DNA of 52,929 bases from Candidatus Altiarchaeota archaeon (lineage in GTDB: Archaea; Altiarchaeota; Altiarchaeia; IMC4; QMZM01): positions 1 to 52,929 of the forward strand of contig JAUWTD010000003.1 of the NCBI GenBank assembly GCA_030609775.1, given 5' to 3'. Under the pieces are notes generated by a model. The model saw only the letters and a program-made list of their open reading frames with translations, searched no databases and was not told the origin of the DNA. Each line of letters starts with the position of its first letter. The first letter of the stretch is position 1. A program made the translations under genes and the position numbers. Below are positions 28,675 through 38,806 of this stretch, in pieces.

Positions 28675-29163
28675 ATGAAAGTTGACATGAAGCTTGGGTT
28701 AAAGGATGTCCCTGGAAGCCTTCTTTGGGCGTTGGAGCCGATATCTCTCCATGGGGGGAACATAGTAAGTGTGCTCCATTCAAGGAATGGAAAAGATCCG
28801 GTATCTGTGCAAATAGGGTTCCGGGTAAAAGATCAAAAGTCATTAGACCTTATCAAAAAAGACATGAAGAAACATACGATACATTTGACTGAAATTCTTG
28901 TGGAAGGCAGAAAATACTATTCAAAGAAGACCCTCTCGATTATTTTCATAGGGCACATAATAGACAAAGACGTGCTGGAAACCATAGATCGGATAAATGA
29001 AGCCGGGCTGGTTTCAAGTATAGATGTCTTGATGCCTTCTCCTGAGGAAAAATCTTCGGTGATGTTAAACATTGATGTCGACAACGGAAATATTAAGAGG
29101 TTGAATAAGACTATACTTGGTATATGTAAGGAAAAACAGTTTCTATTGATAAGGTCTCTTTAA
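28675..29163 (+). CDS. ACT-domain protein, putative allosteric regulator of homoserine dehydrogenase
   Basis: LKDVPGSL...PISLHGGNIVSVLHSR and IGHIID; directly upstream of hom. Confidence 0.82.
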   Translation: MKVDMKLGLKDVPGSLLWALEPISLHGGNIVSVLHSRNGKDPVSVQIGFRVKDQKSLDLIKKDMKKHTIHLTEILVEGRKYYSKKTLSIIFIGHIIDKDVLETIDRINEAGLVSSIDVLMPSPEEKSSVMLNIDVDNGNIKRLNKTILGICKEKQFLLIRSL

Positions 29164-29164
29164 A

Positions 29165-30175
29165 GTGAAAACAAAAGAAATAAATCTTGTAATAATTGGT
29201 TTTGGTGTAATCGGAAAGGGTTTTGCTGAGGTATTGGCAGATAAGCATGATTTCCTCAGGGCAAACTATGGTGTTGACTTAAAGGTTACTGCGATCTGTG
29301 AGCGGGATGGCAGCGTAGTTTGCAAGAAGGGGATAGATCTGGATAATGTAGTTGAGTTATCTTTGAATAATAATCTTAAGGCGCATGAAAACTGGACAAC
29401 CCTGAAGTCTTTGGATGTTATAAACAAGATTAGGTCAGATATTGTTCTTGAGTTGACCCCCTCTAATATAGAAACCGGGCAACCTGGATTAACCCATATA
29501 AAAGAGTCTCTTAAAAGAGGTATGTGTGTTGTGACCTCAAACAAAGCACCTCTGGCTGTTGAGTTCTCTCAACTGCAAAAGCTTGCAAAAAACAGTGGGG
29601 CGGAATTAAGGTATGAGGCAACTGTTGGAGGGGCACTTCCCTTAATAAATCTAAGGAAACACGCTCTGCAGGTAAATAATATAAACTCGGTTCAGGGGAT
29701 ACTGAATGGCACATGCAACTATGTTCTGACGAAGATGGCTGATGAATATGTTTCCATGGATGTTGCTTTAAAGGAGGCGCAGAATCTAGGTATTGCGGAA
29801 GCGGACCCTAGTTATGATATAAACGGTATAGATACGGGAGCAAAGGTTGTGATACTTGCTAACTCTCTTTTGGGGATGGATGTTTCATTTAAGGATGTGG
29901 CTGTGACTGGTATAAGTGATGTAACAACTGAGGCGATTGAGCTTGCAAGAAAACACAATCATGTGATAAAGTTAATTGGGGATGTCGAAAGATTAGATGT
30001 CTCACCTAGGCTTGTTCCAATAAATCATCCATTGAATGTTTCAGGTACACTCAATGCGGTAACAATAAGCACAGATATTGCAAGAGACATAACGGTTATT
30101 GGTCCGGGAGCAGGTGGAAAAGAGACTTCTAGCTCTCTATTTTCTGACATAATAGACATTATCCGATCTAAATAA
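29165..30175 (+). CDS. hom: Homoserine dehydrogenase
   Basis: GFGVIG, VVTSNK, YEATVGGALP, GILNGTCNY, EADPSYDINGID and GPGAGG. Confidence 0.95.
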   Translation: MKTKEINLVIIGFGVIGKGFAEVLADKHDFLRANYGVDLKVTAICERDGSVVCKKGIDLDNVVELSLNNNLKAHENWTTLKSLDVINKIRSDIVLELTPSNIETGQPGLTHIKESLKRGMCVVTSNKAPLAVEFSQLQKLAKNSGAELRYEATVGGALPLINLRKHALQVNNINSVQGILNGTCNYVLTKMADEYVSMDVALKEAQNLGIAEADPSYDINGIDTGAKVVILANSLLGMDVSFKDVAVTGISDVTTEAIELARKHNHVIKLIGDVERLDVSPRLVPINHPLNVSGTLNAVTISTDIARDITVIGPGAGGKETSSSLFSDIIDIIRSK

Positions 30176-31487
30176 CCCCCTCTTTCCTGAGAACAGACAA
30201 GAGATGTAGTACAGAATATGATGCACGGGTTATGCCCATACTCCTCCTCTCTGTGTCTGTTCCAACAAGATAAAGCCCTTTAACCGGCGTTCTTATGTCT
30301 GCAAACACCGTATCTATTGTCCATGCAGCCTTCTCAGGTACCAGAACCTGGTAATGTTTCATCTCAACATGATCCTCGATTTTGGGCATGATGGAGTATA
30401 TTGAATTTAAAGCATTTTCTTTCTCCTTATTCAGATTGCTGTTTTTATGTAACCTGAAGGCGAAACTAACCAGTTGTTTTCCTTTTGGTGCAAGTAAGGG
30501 ATCATAGTTAGATATTGGGACAACCCATGAATATGGGTCAGAGTCAACCCATATCTCTGATCCTTTCCTATTAAATAGTTTCTTATCCAAACCCAGCCAG
30601 ATTGTCAGAGTGTCAAGCTTATATAGTTTCTTTAGGGAATTTGTATACTCTGTAGGCAGATCATCAACAACCAGGGGCAGATCTGATGCGAAACCTGAAT
30701 ATATTACTGTATCGCTGGTGTAGTCACCCTTTTCTGTTTCAACATTCTTTACAGTGTCTCCGGAAATTTTCGTAACTGCTTCACCTGTTTTGATTTCAAC
30801 CTGGTCTTTAGGTAATGAGGATAATGTGGCGTTTACAAGAGACCTAAGGCCTCCTTTAGGATATACCTGGTCTATGGCACCTTCTTTCATCAGTATGTTA
30901 TACAGTTTATCTAACAGGTTATTTGACTGGTTTTTGTAGTGTTCGGAATCAAGAAACCTTGCGACAGGTGTCTCATCCATTGAGGTGCCTGTCATAAAAT
31001 AAGAAAGACAATTGAGAAATCTCATCGTCGGAGGGCTTAGATTATTTCCTACGAGCTCACCTAACGATCTCCGTGACAGGTCTTCGCCGGAATTGAATAC
31101 ATATGATACGCTAAATAATGTCTTAATTAGGTAAATGCGGTCTATTTGAGGTATGAGATCAAAATTAAACCATCCTTTGAGGTTCCAGGGGAAAGGTTTT
31201 ATTCGGCCATTAAGCCTTACGTAATATTCTCCATGCGGGATAAAATTAGGTACGACATCGAAGTAGTCGTCCATGAGTTGGCGGAGTGGACCATGATCTG
31301 TTCTTGTTATTATATGTGGTCCCGTATCCACTTGGTAACCCTCTACGTTATATGATCTGCAGACTCCACCCACATAATCGTTTCTCTCCAAAACCAAAAC
31401 CTTCTTCCCCTCCTTTGACAAAGCCAGCGCAGACAATAAACCGCTGATCCCTGAACCAACAACTATAACATCATACATCTCATTCAC
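30168..31487 (-). CDS. FAD-dependent oxidoreductase, phytoene dehydrogenase-related (COG1233-like)
   Basis: GSGISGL...LERNDYVGG, DTGPH, YPKGG and LYLVGTD. Confidence 0.82.
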   Translation of the reverse strand: MNEMYDVIVVGSGISGLLSALALSKEGKKVLVLERNDYVGGVCRSYNVEGYQVDTGPHIITRTDHGPLRQLMDDYFDVVPNFIPHGEYYVRLNGRIKPFPWNLKGWFNFDLIPQIDRIYLIKTLFSVSYVFNSGEDLSRRSLGELVGNNLSPPTMRFLNCLSYFMTGTSMDETPVARFLDSEHYKNQSNNLLDKLYNILMKEGAIDQVYPKGGLRSLVNATLSSLPKDQVEIKTGEAVTKISGDTVKNVETEKGDYTSDTVIYSGFASDLPLVVDDLPTEYTNSLKKLYKLDTLTIWLGLDKKLFNRKGSEIWVDSDPYSWVVPISNYDPLLAPKGKQLVSFAFRLHKNSNLNKEKENALNSIYSIMPKIEDHVEMKHYQVLVPEKAAWTIDTVFADIRTPVKGLYLVGTDTERRSMGITRASYSVLHLLSVLRKEGVI

Positions 31488-32456
31488 TCATTGAAATAAT
31501 ATTATTGCAAAGACACCAAATATTAATTCGATAAAAACCAATATTAATACAATGCCCTTCTCGCTAACCCCGCAGGCAAGCTTCATTATTAACTGACAGA
31601 GGCTTATTGGTTTACCTTTGCATATTAATTTCCCGTTCTCTAATATGCCCCCCCAGTTTTCTGTCGGAAACCTGTTTTTTGCTTTGATAAAGAAATCAAG
31701 GGCATATGGTATGATAAGGATAACGCCGGCTGATTCGAAATCTCCTATAATCACTGCAGATGCGATAACTGTTCCAATAGATAATGCTCCGACATCCCCC
31801 ATAAAAACCTTTGCAGGATACTTGTTGTAGTATAAGAATGCAAGCAGTGCCCCGCACATAGCAAGAAGAAGTATAAGCGCTTCAGTCTCACCTACCCTAA
31901 AAGCTATATAACCTAGGGAGATGCAGGCTACAAAACCCATTCCAGCTTCAAGTCCGTTGAATCCTGCAAGCATGTTTGTTACATTCGATGCTCCTGCAAC
32001 CCCCATAGGTACTAAGAGAAGCACATAGAATATCCCGAAATCCACTGCTCCGATGAATGGAATTGACATTGTTGACGTTCCGGCTTCAACTGCGATAAGG
32101 GGGAGCGCCGCAAACAATGGGAGGGTTGCTTTAATTATTTGACGCATTGCAAATAGGTCATCGAAAATACCTATCAATGACATAAGAAGAATTGTTGATA
32201 ATGCAGCAAGGATAAACTTTAATTCAAGATCGGGGAGAATAGAATTAGAGAATGTAGTGAATGCAACAGCGAGGAGAATCCCAGAGCTCAGACCGAAGAT
32301 AATACTAAAACCCCCCATCTCAGGTATTTCTGGTTTATCCTCTTTATGCACATCCCTTCCAACAAACCCTGATTTTCTGAGTTTGGGTATTATCCACTGG
32401 GTGGACAGGAAGGTCACAAAAAATGACATCAAAAATATTAAGATCAGACCCTGCAT
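31488..32456 (-). CDS. UDP-GlcNAc:dolichyl-phosphate GlcNAc-1-phosphate transferase (GPT/AglH-like, MraY/WecA superfamily)
   Basis: GRDVHK..IPEMGG, GIFDD, NMLAGFNGLE and NKYPAKVFMGDVG. Confidence 0.88.
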   Translation of the reverse strand: MQGLILIFLMSFFVTFLSTQWIIPKLRKSGFVGRDVHKEDKPEIPEMGGFSIIFGLSSGILLAVAFTTFSNSILPDLELKFILAALSTILLMSLIGIFDDLFAMRQIIKATLPLFAALPLIAVEAGTSTMSIPFIGAVDFGIFYVLLLVPMGVAGASNVTNMLAGFNGLEAGMGFVACISLGYIAFRVGETEALILLLAMCGALLAFLYYNKYPAKVFMGDVGALSIGTVIASAVIIGDFESAGVILIIPYALDFFIKAKNRFPTENWGGILENGKLICKGKPISLCQLIMKLACGVSEKGIVLILVFIELIFGVFAIILFQ

Positions 32457-32500
32457 CTTATCTATATTTATTTATTATATCTAAATAAGTACTCATTCAT

Positions 32501-32574
32501 GCGGCCGTAGTGTAGCCTGGTTATCACTCGAGGTTGCCAATCTTGCGACCCGGGTTCAAATCCCGGCGGCCGCA
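32501..32574 (+). tRNA. tRNA-Gly(GCC)
   Basis: Acceptor stem GCGGCCG/CGGCCGC; anticodon GCC at 32536-32538; T arm CCGGG-TTCAAAT-CCCGG. Confidence 0.95.
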
Positions 32575-32621
32575 ATTTATCCATCTCTCTATAGGTGAAT
32601 GATTTTATTAATGAAAATATA

Positions 32622-33503
32622 ATGGAAACTATTTGGAAGGTTTTGATAACTCTTGGAGTTTTTGTATTATTTCTGTTTGCAATAGTCGGAACCCTTGCAT
32701 TCATTGGAGGGGTTGATATTCCTTCTATGGGAAATAAGGTAGTAATCATACCTATTAAAGGTGAAATCACATCAGAGGGCTGCGGAGGCAGTATCTTTGG
32801 ATCATATCAGTGTGCGCAGGTTAATGTAATAAAAAAAAGGCTTAAAAGAGCTGATGAGGACCCGACCGTAAAAGCAATAGTTCTTGACATAAACAGTGGA
32901 GGGGGAAGCGTTGTTGCAAGCGGGGAGTTGATGCGCGCAATCAGGGAAACATCAAAGCCCGTTGTTGCATACATAGGTGAATCCGGCGCATCTGGCGCGT
33001 ATTATGCTGCAAGTGCTGCAGACTGTATTATTGCAGACAGAAACTCTATAACTGGAAGCATAGGTGTCATCATGAGTGTTTCTCATTACTATGAACTATA
33101 TGAGAAAATAGGCATCAACGTAACTGTGATAAAAGCCGGTGGAAGCAAGGATGTAGGAAGCCCTTATCGACCTATGTCTGAGGATGAAAAAAGAGAGCTT
33201 ACCGAGATGGTCGACAGCATACACAGAGACTTCATAGAAAATGTGGCAGAGAATAGGAATCTCACATTTGAAGAGGTGGAATCTGTTGCTGATGGAAGCA
33301 TATACCTTGGAATAACAGCAAAAGAAGCAGACCTTATAGATGAGATCGGGAACTTAGATGATGCTATCCAAAGAGCTGCAGAATGGGGCGGTATCGAAGG
33401 CGAACCAATACTAGAAAGAGCTGAACCCGACGAGAAGATAAGTATCTTGGATTTATTTACAAAATACCAAAGAAATAATATAAATATAAAATGGGCAGTA
33501 TAA
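32622..33503 (+). CDS. sppA: Signal peptide peptidase SppA (S49)
   Basis: INSGGGSV, ASGAYY, ITGSIGV and KDVGSPYR. The start could also be GTG 32595. Confidence 0.92.
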   Translation: METIWKVLITLGVFVLFLFAIVGTLAFIGGVDIPSMGNKVVIIPIKGEITSEGCGGSIFGSYQCAQVNVIKKRLKRADEDPTVKAIVLDINSGGGSVVASGELMRAIRETSKPVVAYIGESGASGAYYAASAADCIIADRNSITGSIGVIMSVSHYYELYEKIGINVTVIKAGGSKDVGSPYRPMSEDEKRELTEMVDSIHRDFIENVAENRNLTFEEVESVADGSIYLGITAKEADLIDEIGNLDDAIQRAAEWGGIEGEPILERAEPDEKISILDLFTKYQRNNINIKWAV

Positions 33504-33691
33504 AGCACACATATCTGAAGAGGATTGGGGAAAAATTGATGGTAGAATACAAAGACGACTTTACTACAGACTTTGATGAAAACAAAAAAAAGGTTCAGGA
33601 ACTCTGCGACGTTACATCAAAACCCATCCGAAACAAGATTGCGGGATATATCACACGAGCCGTGAAAAAGAATCTATCAGAAGTTGGATAA
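33491..33691 (+). CDS. rps17e: 30S ribosomal protein S17e
   Basis: FTTDFDENKK and SKPIRNKIAGYITR. Confidence 0.95.
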   Translation: MGSIKHTYLKRIGEKLMVEYKDDFTTDFDENKKKVQELCDVTSKPIRNKIAGYITRAVKKNLSEVG

Positions 33692-35747
33692 TTTCATCAA
33701 TAATCCTGGTTAGTTTCTCTGTCAGGCTTTCCTCTTTTGTTTCTACTATTGCTTGGATAGAATGCCGTCTGCCAGATAGGTCCTCATATACTACCCTGAT
33801 TTCCGAGTCTAGGGTAGGCGTGTTAACTTCGAGTGTCTGTTCTCCAATCAATTCAGTAATGTAGCCTGTTTCATTACCACTTTTTATTTCAATATTTTTG
33901 GCAGCATCCCCCAAAACATTTAAGGTAATTACTAGTTTCTCTTTATGCGGATGATAAACTGCAGTAACCTTCATTTCAGGGACACTATATGCCCTAACCT
34001 CTCTTATTGTTTCTATGTCAACATTATTTCCTGTTAACCTGAAAAAAATACGTTTCACACCTGTTTCATCAAATTTTAGCGGTATTTTAACAACGGAGTG
34101 GTTTTGCACAGAAAGACTTTTGATCTGCTCCTTTGAGTCAGTGACCATGTAAAGCTTTATTTCCTGTATGGATGACCTGTTGTTTTTAATCCATATCTCT
34201 GCTTCATTCTCCTCGGTTGTTTTGATTAATTCAGGTAGTTTAATCTGGTCAATATAAATGCCGTCAATCTCTGAGACTACATAATCCAGGGTTGCAACGG
34301 AACCTGTTGAAGTGTAGACTACTACTTCTTGTTTTCCAAGCCTCATAGGTTTAAATGAAACAGAGAAGTGTTCTTTTTTATCTACTATAAACTCTTGAAA
34401 ATAGTCTCCTGAGATCACGCCGATCTTCTCTGGCGTTGATGAAGATATCTCTTTTATGTCTATGAACACCGTCTCGTTTTTGCCATAACCTACCCTGCGG
34501 TCACTTAACTCTGCGCTGAAAACTATTTTTTCTTTTTCTTGTGTTTTTTTCTTTTTAGCATCCACGCTTAATACAACCTCTTTGAGTTCAAGAAGCTTTG
34601 AATTCAAAATCAGGGGACAATTATAATACATGTCTCCTTTCAGATCTTCTGCCACATCAAGTTTCCAGTAGAGAATCTTTTCAGTATCTGGCTCCAGGAT
34701 CATATCTTTTTCAATTTCATCTATTTCAACAAAATGGAAATCACTAACACAGGGTTGTAAGCTTGCTCTCATAAACGCATACTCCCCTGATCTAAACCTG
34801 AGGACAACCACTACGGAATCACCTGGACTAGATTCATCTGAGCTTATCAGCAAGTCATAATCTGGTTTTTTATTTTCTGTATAGTTGATGATCTGTATCT
34901 GGATTTCAGACTTCCACTCCATACTGTCTGTATCTGCTCCATACGCCTTTATTCTGCTGCCTATGACGTTTTTGTTGCTGACGGCAAACTTTATGTGTGC
35001 TGCATCTATTCTGCCGACATCAAGGTTTGTTGGATCTACTGGAACCCACTCACCCAGATACACTTCAGTGAATGCATGTTCCTCCCATCTATCGTTTCCA
35101 TGATAGTAGCCTACAACAAATTTTGCAGGAATCCCAACAGACCTCACAAGTGCAATAAATAGTGTTGAAAATTCATCACATGTGCCAACCCTGTTTTTAA
35201 GAACCCATTTAGCATCCTTTGATTCATTCTTTAAGTGTCTGTTATACGCCACGTTATCATGTACCCATTTTGTAATCAATGCCACCCTATCAAAATCGGT
35301 TCTTGAATTATTTGTTATGGACTCTGCAAGCTTTGCAATTTCCGGGTCATCGGATTGTATGTTATCAGTGGATCTTAGATAAATTCTTACGTCGTCTGGA
35401 ATCGTATACGTCTGAGGTATTTGGACAGTTTTTATAGCAGAAACATTAACAAGAAACTCCTGGGAATAACGATATATTCTTGGCGGATTTCTTTGTCCAA
35501 TGCAAAGCCATGAGTTACCTAAGTCATCTTTCTGTGTGTCTCCATTAAACCAAACAACCTGATTTCTATCTCTCTGCGGCATTAGAAGCTCAAGGGACAC
35601 CCTTTCAAGCCGGAATGTCGGGGTTTCTACAAAACCTTCATGAACTATCTTAAGTTGCATCTCAGACACAAGAAACGGTTGAGTTATCTCAGCTGCACAG
35701 TAACCTGAGAAAAATAAAAGCAGTATCAACGATAGTGGGTATCTCAT
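33651..35747 (-). CDS. Secreted transglutaminase-like domain protein with C-terminal Ig-like repeats
   Basis: Signal peptide; Cys-His-Asp triad GTCDEFS / HAFTEVY / WVPVDPT. Confidence 0.85.
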   Translation of the reverse strand: MRYPLSLILLLFFSGYCAAEITQPFLVSEMQLKIVHEGFVETPTFRLERVSLELLMPQRDRNQVVWFNGDTQKDDLGNSWLCIGQRNPPRIYRYSQEFLVNVSAIKTVQIPQTYTIPDDVRIYLRSTDNIQSDDPEIAKLAESITNNSRTDFDRVALITKWVHDNVAYNRHLKNESKDAKWVLKNRVGTCDEFSTLFIALVRSVGIPAKFVVGYYHGNDRWEEHAFTEVYLGEWVPVDPTNLDVGRIDAAHIKFAVSNKNVIGSRIKAYGADTDSMEWKSEIQIQIINYTENKKPDYDLLISSDESSPGDSVVVVLRFRSGEYAFMRASLQPCVSDFHFVEIDEIEKDMILEPDTEKILYWKLDVAEDLKGDMYYNCPLILNSKLLELKEVVLSVDAKKKKTQEKEKIVFSAELSDRRVGYGKNETVFIDIKEISSSTPEKIGVISGDYFQEFIVDKKEHFSVSFKPMRLGKQEVVVYTSTGSVATLDYVVSEIDGIYIDQIKLPELIKTTEENEAEIWIKNNRSSIQEIKLYMVTDSKEQIKSLSVQNHSVVKIPLKFDETGVKRIFFRLTGNNVDIETIREVRAYSVPEMKVTAVYHPHKEKLVITLNVLGDAAKNIEIKSGNETGYITELIGEQTLEVNTPTLDSEIRVVYEDLSGRRHSIQAIVETKEESLTEKLTRIIDEIIQLLIDSFSRLV

Positions 35748-35753
35748 GATTAA

Positions 35754-36542
35754 TTATTCATAACATTGCTCTTTATAACCGCAACTCATGCATTTTCTTT
35801 CGCTGCCATGAGCGCATGCATCCGGAACAAAACCTTCAAGTATTTCAATTATTTTATCTCTTTTATGTATTACTTCCCCTCTGAGACCCTCGGTTGCCAT
35901 CACTGGCCGTCTTTGCTGGATTTGTGTATACTCAACAAAACCGAATGGTATGTGTTTATTTAATTTGAGCGTGTCTTCTAAAAGCAGTATATATGCACAT
36001 ATCTGTATTCTGTCACCGTTCCATATGCATGAGGGCGCAGACCCTGTCTTTATCTCCACGGGCACATACCCTGGATCTTTCATCACCTTATCGATTCTAC
36101 CTGAAAGCTTCAATGTATCAGACTTTACAGGGTACTCAACCATCCAAGGGGTTATGTGCCTTATAGCCTCTTCTAAACCAATTTCCTCTATCATAGATGT
36201 CAACTTATCCCGCATAATGCGTATCTCTGATAGCAGCTCTAAACGGATTTTCTCAAAAGGAATGTTGTATTCAACATCATCTAACATACCGCGATGCATG
36301 TGGAGAGCATCTGACAATATATTATCTAGCTCGCATTCGAGAATCATATTAATATCATTTACACAAGACATCTTTTCAAGGAGAATAGGCTGCCTGATTG
36401 ACAGCTCTCTTCTCACTGAATGAGAGATCAATCCAATGGATCGCGGAATGCTGAAACCCTGCTTGATTTTCAGCACCTTTGATAGGTAAATCCCTCTCGG
36501 GCAAAAACAGTACGCATTCAGATCAGAAACCCTAATATTCAT
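35754..36542 (-). CDS. cas4: Solo Cas4-like RecB-family exonuclease with Fe-S cysteines
   Basis: N-terminal YCFCPRG, LSGRIDK, PVEIKTG, QICAY and C-terminal KCMSCGYKEQC. Confidence 0.85.
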   Translation of the reverse strand: MNIRVSDLNAYCFCPRGIYLSKVLKIKQGFSIPRSIGLISHSVRRELSIRQPILLEKMSCVNDINMILECELDNILSDALHMHRGMLDDVEYNIPFEKIRLELLSEIRIMRDKLTSMIEEIGLEEAIRHITPWMVEYPVKSDTLKLSGRIDKVMKDPGYVPVEIKTGSAPSCIWNGDRIQICAYILLLEDTLKLNKHIPFGFVEYTQIQQRRPVMATEGLRGEVIHKRDKIIEILEGFVPDACAHGSERKCMSCGYKEQCYE

Positions 36543-36549
36543 TTTCCCC

Positions 36550-36918
36550 TTACACCCCTATTCCTCCCATATTTTCTATAACAATCTCCAGCTTACCTTT
36601 ATAGACCTCAACTGATCCTATAACCTCCAGTTCTGTTTCCAATTCTGTTGCATTCAACATATCTTTGTAAGAGGCTGCGACATTGTATGGGAGATATACA
36701 TCGATTTCACCTGTTGGGTCCTGTAGGGAAATAAGAATTGAACCACCCTCGAATTCATGAATCTCTGATATGTTTCCGTGGATGCGGACATTTTTTCCAA
36801 GGGTATTGGAGGTCACCTGATCTATTCTAGAAAGAGGAGGCTCCAAATGCTCACTAGCATAGGTCAGCATCAGAAGACCGAAAATTGAGATAACTAAGGC
36901 TATATGAACTAAATCCAC
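36550..36918 (-). CDS. OB-fold nucleic-acid-binding protein with an N-terminal TM anchor
   Basis: Hydrophobic N-terminus; GKNVRIHG, LQDPTGEI and VIGSVEVYKGKLEI, an RPA/tRNA-anticodon-type OB fold. Confidence 0.8.
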   Translation of the reverse strand: MDLVHIALVISIFGLLMLTYASEHLEPPLSRIDQVTSNTLGKNVRIHGNISEIHEFEGGSILISLQDPTGEIDVYLPYNVAASYKDMLNATELETELEVIGSVEVYKGKLEIVIENMGGIGV

Positions 36919-36987
36919 ATTATCTCTATAGAATTATATAGATAAAACCAGATTAATCCCTCTTGAGAAGAAAAAACCCTGCTGTTT

Positions 36988-37140
36988 TTAAGCCTTCACA
37001 GCCTTCTTCTTGTTCTTTCTGCGTATCTTTAAGACCTTCCCGCACTTACGACATATTGTCGAATCCATGGGATTTCTTGCATTACATTGCATGCATATGC
37101 CCTTAAAAATCCGTGCTTCAGCTTCTTTGAATCTTGCCAT
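36988..37140 (-). CDS. rpl40e: 50S ribosomal protein L40e (absent from the ORF track, 50 aa)
   Basis: Manual translation [50 protein letters not shown], with CxxC...CxxC zinc ribbon. Confidence 0.93.
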   Translation of the reverse strand: MARFKEAEARIFKGICMQCNARNPMDSTICRKCGKVLKIRRKNKKKAVKA

Positions 37141-37276
37141 TTCTCATCTACAATATTGTTCTCATTGTTTATATTACGCCCTGTTTTATCTAACACCCTG
37201 CCTTCAACCGGCCATAACATGGACTCATTCAGGCATTTAAACCATAATTTAAGTCATCAGTCTAAATATATCTGTA

Positions 37277-38680
37277 ATGTATAAGCTAGATAAGGTATTA
37301 ATAATAGGCTCCGGACCCATTCAGATAGGTCAGGCTGCTGAATTCGACTATAGTGGAAGCCAGGCCTGTCTCGCACTCCGGGAGGAAGGCATCACCACAG
37401 TTCTCGTTAACTCTAATCCGGCAACCATTATGACTGAGCCGGATATAGCGGACATAATCTATATTGAACCGTTGACACATGAGATAGTTGCAAAAATAAT
37501 AAAGAAAGAAAAACCTGACGCGATCCTGCCTCCCATGGGCGGTCAGACTGGGTTAAACCTGGCATCAGCCCTTGCGGCGATGGGTGTACTTGAAAAATAT
37601 AATGTACGGGTTCTTGGAACCTCAATTGAAACAATAAAGAATGGAGAGGACCGGGACTCGTTTGCAAAACTTATGAGGGATATAGGTGAACCGGTGCCTG
37701 CAAGCAAGGCAGTGAATTCTGTTGCAGATGCAGTAGATGCCGCTGATGAGATAGGTTATCCTGTAATCATTAGGCCGGCATATACTCTTGGCGGTGGCGG
37801 CGGCGGCATAGCATTCAATAAGGATGAATTGGAGAATATTGCAGGACATGGTCTTCAGCTCTCCATGATTCATCAGATCCTAATAGAGCAATCGGTTGCC
37901 GGATGGTATGAGATAGAATATGAGGTGATGCGGGATTCAAAAGATAATTGTATAATCATCTGCTCTATGGAGAACATAGATTCAATGGGCATACACACCG
38001 GAGAAAGCATAGTTGTGGCTCCAGCGTTAACCCTCAGCGACAAAGATAATCAGATGCTCAAGGATGCATCAATTAAAATCATCAGGGCCTTAGGTGTCGA
38101 AGGCGGATGTAACGTACAATTTGCACTTCACCCCCTAACCCAGGAATACATGGTAATCGAGGTGAATCCAAGGGTTTCAAGATCCTCTGCATTAGCTTCA
38201 AAAGCAACCGGGTACCCCATAGCAAGGGTCGCAGCAAAGGTTGCGATAGGTAAGACCTTAGACGAGATACCTAACTCGGTCACAAAGAAAACCCCTGCAT
38301 CATTTGAGCCTGCAATAGACTATGTTGTCGTGAAAATACCTAGGTGGCCGTTTGATAAATTCAAGAACGCCGACCCCCGGCTTGGAACACAGATGAAGGC
38401 AACCGGGGAAGTTATGGCAATTGGCCGAACCTTTGAAGAAGCCCTGCAAAAAGCAGTCCGTTCCCTAGACATCGGAGCAGACGGATTATGCGGGACAGGA
38501 GAAAAAGACCTAAATAAAATAAAAGACCAATTAATGAACCCCACAGATAAAAGACTATTCTACATAATTGATGCACTGGAAAATAAATTATCTGTCTCAG
38601 AGATAGCCGAACTCACCCAAATTAATCCCTTCTTCATCAAAAAAATCGAAAACATCGTAAAAGAAAAGAATAAGTTTTAA
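37277..38680 (+). CDS. carB: Carbamoyl-phosphate synthase large subunit, N-terminal half only (split CarB)
   Basis: [26 protein letters not shown] and [18 protein letters not shown]; stops at 467 aa in the oligomerization region. Confidence 0.92.
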   Translation: MYKLDKVLIIGSGPIQIGQAAEFDYSGSQACLALREEGITTVLVNSNPATIMTEPDIADIIYIEPLTHEIVAKIIKKEKPDAILPPMGGQTGLNLASALAAMGVLEKYNVRVLGTSIETIKNGEDRDSFAKLMRDIGEPVPASKAVNSVADAVDAADEIGYPVIIRPAYTLGGGGGGIAFNKDELENIAGHGLQLSMIHQILIEQSVAGWYEIEYEVMRDSKDNCIIICSMENIDSMGIHTGESIVVAPALTLSDKDNQMLKDASIKIIRALGVEGGCNVQFALHPLTQEYMVIEVNPRVSRSSALASKATGYPIARVAAKVAIGKTLDEIPNSVTKKTPASFEPAIDYVVVKIPRWPFDKFKNADPRLGTQMKATGEVMAIGRTFEEALQKAVRSLDIGADGLCGTGEKDLNKIKDQLMNPTDKRLFYIIDALENKLSVSEIAELTQINPFFIKKIENIVKEKNKF

Positions 38681-38720
38681 CGATATATTCGATAATAACT
38701 AAACTCTATTTCTAAAAAAA

Positions 38721-38795
38721 AGCGGGGTTGAGCAGCCAGGAGTGCTCGTCGGGCTCATAACCCGAAGGTCGGTGGTTCAAATCCACCCCCCGCTA
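38721..38795 (+). tRNA. Initiator tRNA-Met(CAT)
   Basis: A1-U72 pair (AGCGGGG/CCCCGCT), three G-C pairs in the anticodon stem (GGG/CCC), CAT at 38756-38758. Confidence 0.95.
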
Positions 38796-38806
38796 AACCT
38801 TTTAAT

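Noticed and set aside
32468-32770. 100-aa minus-strand ORF
   Set aside because: It is antisense to tRNA-Gly and the start of sppA; PPGFEPGS is a typical reverse-tRNA translation artefact.
35754-36542. CRISPR-Cas system
   Set aside because: Cas4 is alone; no other cas gene or array is visible in the window.
37010-37284. ORF-track calls 37010-37240(+), 37029-37220(-) and 37087-37284(+)
   Set aside because: These are shadows of the real L40e gene (36988-37140, minus strand) and of the divergent promoter region.
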